Shown here: in pieces, positions 1-8,796 of the stretch
Position numbering within the stretch: position 1 is the stretch's first letter
Layout of the letters: each line of letters starts with the position of its first letter
The notes under the pieces: generated by a model
The model's input: the letters and a program-made list of their open reading frames with translations, nothing else
Told to the model about the DNA's origin: nothing
Databases searched by the model: none
NCBI RefSeq assembly: GCF_001194135.2
Contig: NC_068986.1
Span: forward strand, 51,743,021 to 51,781,133
Direction: 5' to 3'
Length of the DNA stretch: 38,113 nt
Source of the DNA: Octopus bimaculoides
Lineage: Eukaryota
Program-made: the position numbers and the translations under genes

Positions 1-1
1 T

Positions 2-310
2 TAATCTGCCTTCCTTGACGTCATTGGAGACGTCTATTATAAATTTGTTTAAAACATGTTCTTGAAATAGTCTTTCTTTATAATCCTCTTCGGCTACCTT
101 CGCGTAGCGGTATTTATCGTCCTCCGTACCACTTTTGAAGAACTTTATGCGAGGGTGGGCCTTTGTGTATTTCACCACCTTCTCGTTCTTCATGTTTATG
201 GCTACTATCCTGTCGTGTTTTTTACAACCTTTCAAAACAGGGTTAGGGGGGGTCTTAAAATTCTGCCCTATGAGTGTTGTACCAGCGGGATAGGTGTGGG
301 AGGTTATGGG
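2..310 (-). CDS. Unidentified open reading frame, 103 codons without a stop, running off the left window edge
   Basis: Manual translation: PITSHTYPAGTTLIGQNFKTPPNPVLKGCKKHDRIVAINMKNEKVVKYTKAHPRIKFFKSGTEDDKYRYAKVAEEDYKERLFQEHVLNKFIIDVSNDVKEGRL. First ATG at 193-191. Not listed in the ORF track, probably because it has no stop in the window. No recognisable motif. Confidence 0.35.
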
Positions 311-591
311 TTAGGGTTAGGGTTAGGGTTAGGGTTGCCTCTGCAAAATGTCATAAGTAATGGAGATTAAATACGCTTTACACCGCTTAGGAGTAACTGT
401 AAACAGCTGAATACTTGTCAGTGATTGGTTGAAATTATCGCAATAAGACAATGTTTTACATGAAATACAAAAAATTTTTTCTGTTCTATAACACAAAATA
501 GATAAGTATACGAAGTTTGAAAGTCTTTCGGTACCAAAAACACTACATAAAACATTAATGAAAACTGGTGCCCCCGTTTTGAACAAGATCC
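304..591. mobile_element. Right arm of the GGATC-terminated, telomere-repeat MITE family (same family as 27146-27712)
   Basis: About 417-591 aligns with 27558-27712 (gtcagtgattggttgaaattatcg...gaaagtctttcggtaccaaaaacactac...cccccgtttt.aa.aagatcc). It ends in GATCC at 591, and the TTAGGG run lies on the inner side. Confidence 0.75.
311..334 (+). repeat. (TTAGGG)4 telomere-type repeat inside a MITE arm
   Basis: Four perfect TTAGGG units preceded by a variant TTATGGG. Confidence 0.95.
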
Positions 592-1382
592 CTGGTACTT
601 ATTTAATCGACCCTGAAAGGATGAAAGGCAAAGTTGACCTCGGCAGAATTTGAACTCCGAACGTAGCAGCAGATGAAATGCCGCTAAGCATTTCGCCCGA
701 CGTGCTAACGTTTCTTATTTCTTTATTGCCCACAAGGGGCTAAACATAGAGGGGACAAACAAGGACAGACAAAGGGATTAAGTCGATTACATCGACCCCA
801 GTACGTAACTGGTACTTAATTTATCGACCCCGAAAGGATGAAAGGCAAAGTCGACCTAGGCGGAATTAGAACTCAGAACGTAAAGACAGACGAAATACTG
901 CTACGCATTTCGCCCGGCGCAGTAATGATTGTTATTTCTTTATTGCCCACAAGGGGCTAAACATAGAGGGGACAAACCAAGACAGACAAAGGGATTAAGT
1001 CGATTACATCGACCCCAGTACGTAACTGGTACTTAATTTATCGATCCCGAAAGGATGAAAGGCAAAGTTGACCTCGGCGGAATTTGAACTCCGAACGTAG
1101 CAGCAGACGAAATGTCGCTAAGCATTTCGCCCGACGTGCTAACGATTCTTATTTCTTTATTGCCCACAAGGGGCTAAACATAGAGGGGACAAACAAAGAC
1201 AGACAAAGGGATTAAGTCGATTACATCGACCCCAGTGCGTAACTGGTACTTAATTTATCGACCCCGAAAGGATGAAAGGCAAAGTGGACCTCGGCGGAAT
1301 TTGAACTCACAACGTAACGGCAGACGAAATGTCGCTAAGCATTTCGCCCGGCGTGCTAACGATTCTACTAGGTCGCCGCCTT
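592..1382 (-). mobile_element. Tandem array of tRNA-derived SINE family B: 217-bp units, 3 full plus 1 partial
   Basis: Unit marker ttatttctttattgcccacaagggg starts at 715, 932 and 1149. A complete tRNA-like head with A-box and GAGTTCAAATTCC-type B-box is present only on the rightmost unit (ends about 1382). Confidence 0.85.
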
Positions 1383-1637
1383 CTTTAAATTTATAATAGT
1401 TAATTTGAATTGATAACTCGATTAAAATGATTATCAGCTGAAACTTATGACATATTGAGTGTACTGTATGTACAACACTTTATTGTACTCACAATGTTAT
1501 ACAGTTACAAACAGAATATATATATCGCAGTTCGATTTCTAACTGAGTACCATTCATTTTGTTTACTAGTTTTATCATGTGATTAAAAAATTAGCTCAGC
1601 AATCAAGTATTCCGGGTTCGATCTCACTGAGCAACAT

Positions 1638-1845
1638 TTAACCCTTTAGCATTTAATCCGGCTGTACCTGGCCCAAATATTCTTCCTGTTTTGTGTTAAA
1701 CCTGACCAGATCTAGCTTCTCACGTCTAACCTACAATGTCATTCTAAAAATATACAAACAGACCTTTGAAATCTTGAAGCTACAAAATAATGCCTGATTA
1801 ATTCCAAACAATGTGATGAAATTAGCAATACATTTGGCAAATTCA
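1638..1845. mobile_element. Probable piggyBac-type MITE, left end only
   Basis: TTAA at 1638-1641 is followed by CCCTTTAGCAT, a TTAA+CCC terminus typical of piggyBac. The other end is lost in the gap starting at 1846. Confidence 0.45.
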
Positions 1846-2187
1846 NNNNNNNNNNNNNNNNNNNNNNNNNNNNNNNNNNNNNNNNNNNNNNNNNNNNNNN
1901 NNNNNNNNNNNNNNNNNNNNNNNNNNNNNNNNNNNNNNNNNNNNNNNNNNNNNNNNNNNNNNNNNNNNNNNNNNNNNNNNNNNNNNNNNNNNNNNNNNNN
2001 NNNNNNNNNNNNNNNNNNNNNNNNNNNNNNNNNNNNNNNNNNNNNNNNNNNNNNNNNNNNNNNNNNNNNNNNNNNNNNNNNNNNNNNNNNNNNNNNNNNN
2101 NNNNNNNNNNNNNNNNNNNNNNNNNNNNNNNNNNNNNNNNNNNNNNNNNNNNNNNNNNNNNNNNNNNNNNNNNNNNNNNNNNNNNNN

Positions 2188-2224
<37 letters not shown>

Positions 2225-2252
2225 CGTGTATATATGTGTGTGTGTGTATGTA

Positions 2253-2446
2253 TGTCTGTGTTTCTCCCCCACCATCGCTTGACAACAGATGCTGGTGTGT
2301 TTACGTCTCTTTGCAGTTCGGCAAAGAAACCGATAGAATAAGTACTAGGCTTACAAAGAATAAGCTCTGGAGTCGATTTGTTCGACTAAAGGTGGTGCTC
2401 CAGCATGGCCGCAGTCAAATGAATGAAACAAAAGAGTAAAAGAGTA
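2253..2446 (+). mobile_element. SINE family A, 3' half
   Basis: Matches 14545-14746 (ccaccatcgcttgacaac...gatagaataagtactagg...ccagcatggccgcagtcaaatga...aaagagtaaa). The 5' half falls in the gap. Confidence 0.85.
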
Positions 2447-3082
2447 TGTGCTGAGAGAAATTAGGTGGACTGCATTTATGAACATATATCTTTACATTTA
2501 CTTTATATTTATGAACAGATGTCTTCAGCAGAAACGAATCATTCGTTCATTCACTTCTGGTTTCCGGTCTGAGAGCATCCTATATGTCACTGTTTGTATT
2601 TCTCCCTTCTGATCCACATAATAGCTCTGAACAAAAGATCGTGACTGCTCCCCTTCCACTTTCGACTAAATCACACAAAAAAAAAAAAAGAAAGAAAAAA
2701 AAATGCGATCGCTTCTGTCTGTTTTGTAATATATAGATCATGAAAAGGTTTGTCACAGTTTTGTGAGATCAAATTTATGATTTCTCTCCAGAGACTTCTG
2801 GTCTTCAGCGCAAGTTTGTTATATGTCGCCTTCATCAAAGCCTTTCTTGTTTTTCATCATTTGTTACTTCAGCACAGTAGATGGACGAAGGGCGGCCCGT
2901 CCCGAAAAACGTTTTTAGCAGTAGCACTTTTGAGTCTACTACACCAGCCCATTTAGGCTTGGGAACCGGTGTGAGTGTGTGTGTAATAAAATATATCAGC
3001 GTTGTTTTAAGTCCAAGCTCAGCTCTGATCGAAATAGCTACAATCAAAGGCATTCCAGCTAAGACCATTTCTTTAAATCACT

Positions 3083-3375
3083 GGCGTGGCTGTGTGGTTA
3101 AGAAGCTTCCTCGGGCTGATCAAACCGTTTTGAGTGGATTTGGTAGACGGAAACTGAACGAAACTCGCAGTACATACACACACACATCTATGTATTTTTG
3201 TGTTTGTCTCCTAACACCGGTGTTTACGTCCCGTAACTTAACGGTTCGATGAAATGGAGATGGAATAAACACCAGACTTAGAAGCATGTATTGTGGTCAA
3301 TTTGTTCGACCAAACCCTTCAAAGCGGTGCCCCAGCATGACCGCTATCCAATGACTGCAACAAGTAGAAGGTAAT
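3083..3375 (+). mobile_element. SINE family A, diverged and internally deleted copy
   Basis: Head ggcgtggctgtgtggttaagaagc, then gagtggatttggtagacggaaactga, with a 3' end ccccagcatgaccgc...tgactgcaacaagta. Confidence 0.7.
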
Positions 3376-4334
3376 GTATCGCATGTGTCTTTTTTTTCTT
3401 GGAAAAAAAAATTGTAGAGTGTGATTTAGGAGAAAATTAGCTGCAGCTTCTTGCTGGTTGAGAGACAGCGTAAAGCAAAAATTAACAACCCGAGTAACAA
3501 AAAGTGGAATGTCGCCCGCATCCAAATCTGAAACTGCCCGCTATCGATGACTTTAAAACAGTAGCGTAGCTGGGTGAAAGGGAGTCTACCCACCTCGGTA
3601 GACGCTTTTATGGGGGATGCACTTTTGGGCCTGCTGTACAAACTTGTATAAGTTGTATAGGGCCCCGGGTGGGGTGGGTGACAAATTCTAGGGTTGCCCC
3701 CGACTGCACATTCTCTAGTTACATGACTGCTCTAAAACTCATACGTAAAAAGAAAACGATGAAATCTGTAGTTTAATATATTACAGACTTATAGATTTGT
3801 CAAATTAAAGATTCATTATTTTTCTAGCATAGATACGGCTTCATTGCAGGGAGCCGTGGTGCAATATTAAAATCTAGTCGAAATCATTAGCCTGCAGCTT
3901 GGTTGTAATTGATCAAAACTACTACACTAGCATCAAATCTTCTCGTCATTCATTCATTCTTCCATCATTCATAAATATATTCATTCCCCCCATTCATTCT
4001 TTATTCTTTCATTCATAAATAAATTCATTCACTATTCATACAAAGCGACTGAAAACGGAATAGCAACGTAACTGAAAAAAGTCATAAATTTAGAAAACAA
4101 GAGTCAGTTATTTTGCACAGTGCGGCAAATTTTTCGCTTTCCATACCATACACAGGAAAGAAAGACAAAATGTTTCCGCAGTGGACCAATTCATAACATA
4201 CACACTGTGTACAGTTACTCACTCACAGCTTGTAATGTTAAGAGGCGAACGATCGTTGCCCCATTCAGTGTTAAGTCACTAACAACGAAAGGCTGACCTG
4301 ATATCTCCTCGTCAGAGCTTTTCTCTATTTCTTT

Positions 4335-4490
4335 ACACACACACACACGTACATACATAAATATGTATATAGATAAATAAATAGATAGACAGATACACCT
4401 ACATACATACATACATACATACATATATACATACATACATACATACACACACCCAAATATACACACTTAAATGCATATGTATGTATGTAA

Positions 4491-4534
<44 letters not shown>

Positions 4535-4601
4535 ATAGACATACATACCGACCTACTTTCAGACATACATACGTACACACACACACACACATATAAAGAG
4601 A

Positions 4602-4652
<51 letters not shown>

Positions 4653-4655
4653 CAA
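4335..4655. repeat. Compound microsatellite block: (CA)n, (TACA)n, (GATA)n, (GA)n
   Basis: Read directly from the sequence. Confidence 0.95.
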
Positions 4656-4798
4656 TAATGATACAAATAAAGAAATAAAACCGCCTGGTTTTCAAAATAT
4701 ACAAACATTTATACATGCAAATAGAGAGAAAACAAAAACTGGAGACGAATATTCGTGCATAATTATATTAGATATTTTGTACATTAACAGAGTAGACT

Positions 4799-4919
4799 GA
4801 CACAGTACAAAGACACAGAAAATTAAGTGGTGAAGCTGTGGTGTTACAGGTCTGACAGCTGTTTCTAGGGGCTCGGAATTACTTCATAATGTTGGTAGCA
4901 ATTGTTCGCAAAAAGTCAA
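4799..4919 (-). repeat. Left member of a ~120-bp inverted repeat pair (partner 6111-6227)
   Basis: Its reverse complement ttgactttttgcgaac...ccaacattatgaagtaattccgagcccctagaaacagctgtcagacctgtaa...gtactgtgt aligns with 6111-6227. Confidence 0.85.
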
Positions 4920-4940
4920 GGTTATGCAACCAATAGTGTA

Positions 4941-5770
4941 CGAGGGGTACCCAAAAGAAACTGGAACTTTGTAATATTATTTTATTCACTTAGCTTGACA
5001 TGTTTACACTTTTATCGCCTTCAAAGTATTCTCTATTTGAAGCAATGCATCGGTCCAGGCGCGTTTTCCATTATTCGAAGCAGTGCTGGAACTCCGTCGT
5101 TTTTTTCTTCACCTCTTCCACATTTGCAAATTCCATAGCACCTGCTTTCGTCACCAGTGATCACCTTCGTAAAAAGGTCTGGATCAACTTCCAGCCGTTC
5201 TTTCAGTTCACGACACGCAGTCAGTCGTGACTGCTTTTGATCTTCCCTGAGCAAGCAAGGCACAAATTTTGTTGCAACTATTTTCATTCGCAATTTCTCG
5301 CTCAAAATTCATTGGCAGGAGCTCCAGGACACACCAGTCATATCAACAAATTCATCAATTGTTCAGTGACAGTCTTCCAAGAACAGTTCATGAATTTTCA
5401 TGATGTTTTCATTCGCTCTGGAAGTCGACGGTTGCCCTGAACGTGGTTGGTCCCCAAACGACAAGTGACCATTCCTAAAGCGTGAAAATCACTTGTAAAC
5501 CTGTGTTTTGTTCATGGCAGCGGCTTTGTAGGCTGTTTCAAGCATGACAACTGTTTCGGCGGCCGTTTTCCCCAGTAGAAAACAAAATTTCACTGAAGCN
5601 NNNNNNNNNNNNNNNNNNNNNNNNNNNNNNNNNNNNNNNNNNNNNNNNNNNNNNNNNNNNNNNNNNNNNNNNNNNNNNNNNNNNNNNNNNNNNNNNNNNN
5701 NNNGGAAACCTGAACTGTAACGGGCTTGTCCCACAGAGGTCGCTTCCGGTTACTTTTGGGTACAACGTCT
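4941..5770 (-). mobile_element. Internally deleted mariner (Tc1/mariner) DNA transposon
   Basis: TA at 4939-4940 precedes TIR cgaggggtacccaaaagaaactggaa. The matching TIR ttccggttacttttgggtac lies at 5744-5763, with its outer bases degenerate. A transposase remnant lies between them. Confidence 0.9.
5014..5599 (-). pseudogene. Mariner transposase pseudogene
   Basis: ASVKFCFLLGKTAAETVVMLETAYK...FSRFRNGH..FGDQPRSGQPSTS, then VATKFVPCLL and FTKVITGDESRCYG, then a jump at about 5131 to FANVEEVKKK...CFE*WKTRLDRCIASNREYFEGD. Several in-frame stops. The second and third catalytic Asp regions are deleted. Confidence 0.9.
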
Positions 5771-6081
5771 TATATCCGTTCTATTGCCCCACCGTCCCAA
5801 ACAACATCTGCTGCCAAACCACTCTTCACAATACTATCCATCCTACCCCTACCACTCATTTCCGAACTTTCCACTTCTACTCTCAATACCACGATTACCC
5901 CCCACCTCCCTCCACCTGAACTGACGATCGTATCTCTTCTTTCTCTTCCTTGCTTCAACACTCCCCTCATCCCCATTGATCTACCTACTTCTTCCTTCCA
6001 TTTACTTCTGTTTGCTTTCCTCTTTGTCCACTTTATCTTTAAATTTTATTATTTGAAATGTTAGATATTCATCTTTCCAGT

Positions 6082-6178
6082 CTGAAGACGGGGATCGGAT
6101 CTACCTATCTTTGACTTTTTGCGAACGCCTGCCAACATTATGAAGTAATTCCGAGCCCCCAGAAACAGGTGTCAGACC
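6082..6178 (+). ncRNA. Hammerhead-like motif with an enlarged stem II loop (degenerate)
   Basis: CTGAAGA at 6082-6088; 6090-6099 pairs with 6150-6159 with one mismatch; GAAA at 6162-6165; CAGGTG (CAGCTG in the inverted copy); TC at 6172-6173. Stem I and the stem II junction are imperfect. Confidence 0.35.
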
Positions 6179-6227
6179 TGTAAAACCATGCTTTCTCACC
6201 TTAATATTCCGTGTTTTTGTACTGTGT
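6111..6227 (+). repeat. Right member of the inverted repeat pair (partner 4799-4919)
   Basis: Aligned by eye with the reverse complement of 4799-4919. Confidence 0.85.
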
Positions 6228-6786
6228 GTAATTTTGCTCCGTTAATATATGAGCATTTATATGCATATACATGAACATTCATCGTCTGAATATCTTCAGT
6301 CTTTGTTTTATCTCTATTTACAAGTATATATGTATGTATATCTTGTATGTCTTACCTAAATGGTTTTATTTGATTATTTGCATCATTATCTCCATATCTG
6401 TTCACCTGGATTCTTCTTTTAGCCACTCTTTTCCCCGCCGAGTCAGTTCCTCGGTAAAGATTTCGGACTGTAAATTTAAATCATTTGAGCACTACAAAGT
6501 GTTTTCTGTAATGAGCATCTCTGGATCTCATCTGTTGACTCTCTTTGTCTCTGTCTGCCTGTCTGTTTGTCTCCCTCTCTCTTTCTCTCTCCCTCTCTCT
6601 CCTTGTATATACATACATACATATACATGCACATGCACATATACATATATACACGCATATATATATNNNNNNNNNNNNNNNNNNNNNNNNNNNNNNNNNN
6701 NNNNNNNNNNNNNNNNNNNNNNTGTGTGTGTGTGTGTGTGTGTGTGTATATACATATGTACAAATATACATACATACATACATACA

Positions 6787-6819
<33 letters not shown>

Positions 6820-7022
6820 GTATATCCGTTGTTGGGACGAATTTTCACTGATATTTATTGTGTCTCTAACGCACCATGTCCATAACATGTTATCTCACGA
6901 CAAATACCACAGTAACTGGCCTATCAACGATGTGTATGAATTAAATATGCTACATAGATGGCTATATGTATATTAGTGTATCTATATTTATGTATGTCAG
7001 TGTATAGATGTGTGTGTGTGAT

Positions 7023-7054
<32 letters not shown>

Positions 7055-7571
7055 TGTATGTATGTATGTATGTGTTTGTGTAGCTGCATAGGCATTGGGT
7101 AAAAAGTCTTTAAAGTTTACAGCAAAATATATCAATAACGATGAAAAATATTAGTCCGATGTTATTATGTTTTCTTCATTCAATGTGTTTTGACCAATGC
7201 AATTCTTCCATGCTAGATGTCCCAATCTTCTACAGCAGTTTTCATATCATCCACCTGATATCCAATGTCTTCCACAAGCTGTTCGATCTATGCTCTTGTC
7301 GGTTTAATGGTACCTATATACATCCATGCGTGACTTTCCAGAGAAGAAGACAGCTGGATATTTCTTCCTTGGTTCTCCATCACTGTCCTACATAACGTGT
7401 TCTTTTCTTTCTGGTTACATATATATACGATGGGTTTCCACACAGTTTCCGTCTACAAAATTCACTCACAAGGCATTTGCCGAAAGTGCCGCGCAGTAGG
7501 GCTGAACCCGAAACCACATGTTTGCAAACCACATGTTACTTATATATTCATATATGTATGTAGTTTTTTTT

Positions 7572-8135
7572 TTATCTTTTACTTGTTTCGGTCATTTGAC
7601 TGTAGCCATGCTGGGGCACCACCTTGAAGGATTTTAGTCGAAAAAATCAACACCAGTAGTTTTTTCGGTAATTTTTCAGGTTAACACCCGCACGATCTTC
7701 ACTATGGTGTTAGGGTCAGGGTTAGGGTTTTAGGGTTAGGGTTAGGTTTAGGGTTTAGGGTTACGGTTACGGTTACGGTTAGGGTTTTAGGGTTAAGATT
7801 AGGGTTTTAGGGTTTGGGTTAGGGAATTCCGTCCCTAACGGTAACCGTAACAGTAATCGTAACCCTAACCGTAACCCTAAACACTAACCGTAACCATAAC
7901 TCTAACCCTAACCCTAAAACCCTAATCCTGACCCTAAAACCGTAACCCTAACACCCTAGTGAAGATCGTGCGAGTGTTAATCTGAAAAATTACCGCTTTT
8001 TCTTTAAAACTCGGTACTTATTCTATTGTTTTTTTTGGGGGGGGGGCGCCGAACCACTCACTTACGGGAATGTAAAAACGTTAACACCAGTTGTCAAGTA
8101 GTGATGAGGGTACAAGCACAGACACAAAGGCACAT
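7572..8135 (-). mobile_element. SINE family A 3' half, interrupted by a fold-back element at 7666-7995
   Basis: tttacttgtttcggtcatttgactgtagccatgctggggcacc...agtcgaaaaaatcaacaccag resumes after 7995 with ggtacttattctattg...gccgaacc...accagttgtcaag. Confidence 0.8.
7666..7995. mobile_element. 330-bp fold-back element: 50-bp TIRs around degenerate (TTAGGG)n then (CCCTAA)n
   Basis: TIRs at 7666-7715 and 7946-7995 with 3 mismatches (cggtaatttttcag.ttaacac.cgcacgatcttcacta.ggtgttaggg). Centre ttaggga-attccg-tccctaa at 7819-7838. TSD not resolvable in the T-rich flanks. Confidence 0.85.
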
Positions 8136-8796
8136 ACTCCCATACATATATGTATGTATATCAGTGGCGACTCCGGTACTCGGGCTGTTCGGGTTTAGCT
8201 CGAGTATAAATTTAATAAAGTGAACGTGTATTTGTAAGCCAGTAAAAGTTTCCTTTCTATTTCTCGTCCTTTCTGTGTTAACCCATCTACGCACACATAC
8301 GCTCTCACACGCACAAGCTCGCGCTCAATTTAAGCACACGTTTAATTATATAAAAGTTTCAATATTTGTTTCATTCATCACGAGAGAAAACAAATCTTAC
8401 TATAACTTGTATACAGTAGTCACTCGCAATATCGCGGTTCACCTAATGTGTCCTCAGTACATCGCGGATTTTTCTTGCTAATATATGTAAATTTATATTG
8501 CGTTCTCCTCTGTATATCGCGAGTTTCTGTCACCGATAGGTATTTATATTTTTTTAGATTTTAATTATTTCTGTGGCAAAATAAGCATTTTCACGCCTAG
8601 AAATTAATAAGTTGATAAATAAAAATACAGTACAGTACTGCACTGTATAGCACGTTAATTAAAATATATCAAAGGAAAATACTTAGTGTACCGTAGATGA
8701 GTAAACAGAGAATCGCACATACTGTATGGAAAATGAGACTTGGGAGGCGATTGTTTGGTGTTGTTTTGCATTTGTGAATTTATTTCTAGCCCTGCG

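Noticed and set aside
592-1382. Regular array read as CRISPR or a tRNA gene cluster
   Set aside because: Units are near-identical 217-bp SINE bodies without unique spacers, the context is eukaryotic, and the tRNA-like part lacks a complete cloverleaf and continues into SINE body.
2770-2810. Minus-strand CTGAAGA-CCAGA(agtc)TCTGG hairpin as a hammerhead
   Set aside because: Three extra bases precede GAAA, and there is no stem III or NUH; probably chance.
4847-6180. Single TA-flanked transposon with CAGGTCTGA TIRs
   Set aside because: Inverted similarity extends about 45 bp beyond both TA dinucleotides, so these are not true termini.
7666-7995. Ancestral chromosome end-to-end fusion site
   Set aside because: It is bounded by 50-bp non-telomeric TIRs and sits inside a SINE whose two halves are collinear, so an insertion is the simpler explanation.
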